Shown here piece by piece: positions 60,029-64,000 of a DNA stretch of 64,000 bases. Below the pieces are notes generated by a model. The model was not told the DNA's origin. It was given only the letters and a program-made list of their open reading frames with translations, and searched no databases. The stretch covers positions 1-64,000 of the forward strand of contig MCFE01000246.1 in NCBI GenBank assembly GCA_002104905.1, written 5' to 3'. The position numbers and the translations under genes were made by a program. Within the stretch, counting starts at the first letter, position 1. Every line of letters starts with the position of its first letter. Source of the stretch: Basidiobolus meristosporus CBS 931.73 (taxonomy: Eukaryota; Fungi; Basidiobolomycota).

Positions 60029-63000
60029 TGTTGTAAAAACTCGTATTTCCACCTAAATATTCACCTAACTTAGTCACTTAGATCATCACCTTCAAATCCT
60101 AGAGAATACTGACCAAATTCATTGTTGGGATTTACTTAGAATATTTTCACCAAAATACCAGGTACCCAGAACATAAAAATTCTCAAAGTTGTCCAAACAG
60201 CCCCAAACTTTGCACACATGTTCTTGGGACCTTCCTTAACCTATTCCAAGTGTTTGTAATGCCAAGACCAGGTAAAAGTATAAATACTACTTTGACATTC
60301 AATAAATCATTAAGTGAAAAACACATAATCTACTTGTTCTCCAAATCACTTCCAATATCTCCAAGACTCTTACAACAGGTTATGAGCCCCGAGCTGTCAT
60401 TCTCTGCAATGTCTACTACTGCTATTACTGGAATTTTTCCCTCTGCTGAAAAGTTGGATGGATCTAACTACCAAGTGTGGAAGGTGAAGATGAAGATGCT
60501 GCTACAAGAAAGAGGCCTTTGGGATATTGTCATGGGAGAAGAATGCCCTCCTAAAAACGTGGGAGAGGAAGCCTTAAAGTACCAGAAGAAAGAACAAAGT
60601 GCCTTTAACTGCATTTGCCTTAATGTCAAGGACAAATTGCTAATTCAATGCTCAAGAGCAAAAATGGCAAAAAATGCCTGGAAAGCATTGGAAGACACCT
60701 ACCAGTCATGTTCAGCTGCCAAGAAAATGTATCTGAGAAGAAAATTCTTTACTACAAAGATGCTGCCAGGAGAAGAAATGAAAAATCTAATTAACAGAAT
60801 TACCCTGCTGGTAGATGAGATGGAATCTGAGGGCGTACCAACTACTGATGAGGATGTGATAGTTACCATCCTGAATAGCCTGACAGACGAGTTTCAGGGC
60901 CTTGTATCTGCCCTAGAGTCCAGAACTGAAGATTTGACCTTAAATTAAGTATATGGAAGGCTCCTGGATGAAGAATTAAGAAAATCAAGCGCCAATAAGA
61001 AGGAAGAAGAAAATGCTTTAATAAGCAATGATAACCAACAAAGGAGGTACCAAGACCCTACAAAGGCAACAGCAACCTATCTTGCAACTACTGCAAAAGG
61101 AAAGGACACACATCAGACCGGTGTTTCAAAAAGAAAGATTATCAGCAAAAGAAGCCTGAAAATGGAAATGCTGCAACAACTGAAGATAGACTATTCATAT
61201 CTGCACTAAATATGACCACAAACAAGGATTCTCAGATGTGGTATATTGACTCTGGAGCTTCTCAACACTTTACACACCAAAAAGAACTTTTTACCCAATA
61301 TCAAGAAATTCCAATTAAGAAGGTTTTCATGGGTGACGATAGAATACTTGATGCAGTGGGAGAAGGAACTATCCAAGTAAACCTTAGAAGCAGTGAAGGA
61401 AGCCATACACTGACCTTTAAAGAAGTACTCTATGTGCCAGAAATAGCCAAGAACCTACTCTCTGTAAGCAAGGCCACAGCAGAAGGACTCAGTTTCAGTT
61501 TTGACAATTCTGGATGCAGGATCACTGATCAAAATGGTGCTCATATTGCTTTGGGCATCAGAGATCAGAATCTATACAAGTTGACTTATATTCCATCATA
61601 TCTGGAAGCCAATTTAAGTAACTTAAATGAAGAAACACCAATGCTTTCGCACAGGAGATTTGGACACATCAATTTTGATTATTTGCGCAAAATGATCAAA
61701 GATCAGCTAATTTCTGGAGTGAAAATTGATCCCCCAGCTAATTTGGAGCACTGTGAAGCCTGCATATATGAGAAACAAGCCAGACAACTGTTCAAGAGCT
61801 CTGGGTTAATCAAAACTAAGAAAAAATTAGATCTCATTCACTCAGATCTATGTGGACCTATGCAAAATTTATCCTTAGGCGGGATGAAGTATTTAATCAC
61901 TTTTATTGATGATTATACAAGATACACATGGGTCTACTTCATGGAGAAAAAGGAAGAAGCTCTGTCTAAGCTCAGGGAGTTTAAAGCCATGGTGGAGAGA
62001 GAAACTGGTGAAAAAATCAAGAAAATACGCTCTGACATTGGTGGGGAATATACCTCAAAACTCTTCATCCACTTCTGCAAAATTCATGGGATAAAGCAAG
62101 AGACTACTGTACCTTACTGCCCACAGCAAAATGGAGTAGCAGAACAAGCTAACAGATCAATAATTGATATGGCAAGATCTATGATCCATGATCAAAATTA
62201 TCCTATGATTTTTGGGCGGAATCAGTTGCCACTGCTGTATATCTTAAAAATAGGAGTTATAACAGAATACTTTGTGATTCTACTCTATTTGAAGCATGGT
62301 ATGGATACAGACCAAGTGCAGAACATCTAAGAATATTTGGGTGTACAGCATATGCCAAAAAACTGGCCGGAAATCAGTCAAAATTTGAGCCAAAAAGTGT
62401 AAAATGCATATTTTTGGGCTACTGCAATGAGAGTAAGGCATACAGACTCTACAATACCGAAGCAAAGAAGCTGATCAAGTCCAGGGATGTGTTGTATGAT
62501 GAAGATTCAAAATTTTCACAAAAAATGACATCAGATGATGACAAAAATTTGATCTCAAGTCCACCAATTGTCAGGATTGAATCAGAGCAAAACAATGAAA
62601 ATTTTTTCACTCCAGAGGACTCTACAACCGTGGTTTAGCCAGAATCAGTGCCCAGGAATATCCCAGAAGTGATCATTCCAGTATCAAATGCCCGGAGATC
62701 CAATCGGACAAGAAATAGCCCAAATTACTATATTAATGAGGGTACAAACTTAGCCTATGCCTATTCAGTCCATATTGATGAACCCCAGACTGTAAAAGAG
62801 GCCCTAAATAGCCCTCAGATGAAGTTTTGGAGATCTGCAATGACTGAGGAATATCAGGCCCTGATGGAAAATCAAGCTTGGGACCTAGTCAAATTACTAA
62901 TCAACCAAAAATCAATTGGATGCAGATGGGTCTTCAAGACAAAATACAAGGCTGATGGTACAATTGAAAGATACAAAGCAAGACTTGTAGCCAAAGGTTA

Positions 63001-64000
63001 CTCTCAAACAAAAGGACTTGACTATACTGAGACCTTTGCACCGGTAGCCAAGTTTAATTCCATCAGATTAATATTGGCTATTGCAGCCAAATATAAGTTT
63101 TTTATTCATCAAATGGATGTAAAAACTGCATTTTTGAATGGAGAACTTGATGAGGACGTGTATATGGACCAGCCTGATGGGTTTGTTGACCAAGATAACC
63201 CCCATTTGGTCTGCAAGCTTAAAAAGTCACTATATGGTCTCAAACAATCACCAAGAGCCTGGAATTGCAAGATAGATTCTTATTTGGAATCTTTGAGTTT
63301 CAAAAGGAGTAATGCTGACTATAGTATATACCATAAGCCAGATAGAGCAAATCCAGTTCTATTAGCTCTATATGTGGATGATCTTATTATAGCCGCCAAT
63401 AACCCAGAAACATTGGAAGAGACTAAATCCAGCCTATCTAAGGAGTTCAAGATGTCCAATCTAGGAGAACTTAGTTACTACTTAGGGATTAAGTTCTCCA
63501 TAAACAGAAGTACCCAGACTATTACCCTAAGCCAATCCAAGTATAATCAAGATATACTAAAGAAGTACAAAATGGAAGACTGTAAACCGGCAGCTACTCC
63601 AATGGAGACAAACCTTAACTTGGTCAAAACTCAACCAAATCAAGAGAGCTTGGTGCCATCTGAAAGCCCTGACTTTCCTTATCAATTGATGGTTGGCAGT
63701 CTGATGTATATCATGCTTGGAACACGTCCAGATATCTCATATTCAGTGGGAGTTGTCAGCCAACATAATCAGAACTATGGATCTGATCACATTGCAGCAG
63801 TTAAGCGGATTTTTAGATACCTAAAAGGAACTGCTGACATCTGCTTAAGATACACTTATAAGGATTCAGAACAGGATCTTGTGGGATACTCTGATGCTGA
63901 TTGAGGACAAAATTTGGAAGACAGAAGATCCACCACAGGATACACCTTTCTTTACTGTAAAGGAGCAATTTCATGGAATTCAAGAAAGCAACCAACCATA
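60029..64000 (+). mobile_element. Copia B element (5' LTR 60029-60377), pseudogenised, running off the window
   Basis: PBS GGTTATGAGCC at 60378; gag, protease WYIDSGAS, integrase HSDLCGP / PQQNGVAE, RT 62648-63904 (HQMDVKTAFLNG, YVDDL, GYSDAD); several stops. Confidence 0.93.

Overview
Gene-free, transposon-saturated eukaryotic DNA, probably fungal heterochromatin; the host is inferred from the element types and tRNA-iMet primer sites, not proven. Almost every base belongs to nested or fragmented mobile elements: two Ty3/Gypsy families (A: 368-bp LTR, one near-intact copy at 11459-16396; B: ~1.05-kb LTR, 38757-46612), three Ty1/Copia families (A, B, C), a CACTA/EnSpm-like DNA transposon family with a divergently transcribed accessory gene, and two related MITE/foldback elements, one a 733-bp near-perfect hairpin. 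The exception is a ~1.9-kb AT-rich, CpG-retaining island (about 17801-19718). It carries the 3' end of a divergent, virus-like RNA polymerase second-largest subunit gene, a perfect 4 x 40-bp palindrome-containing array, and a Cys/His zinc-finger gene with Lys-rich repeats. It looks like an endogenised fragment of a large DNA virus (Nucleocytoviricota-like) captured between two broken transposons. All coordinates and alignments were read by eye; no database searches were run.
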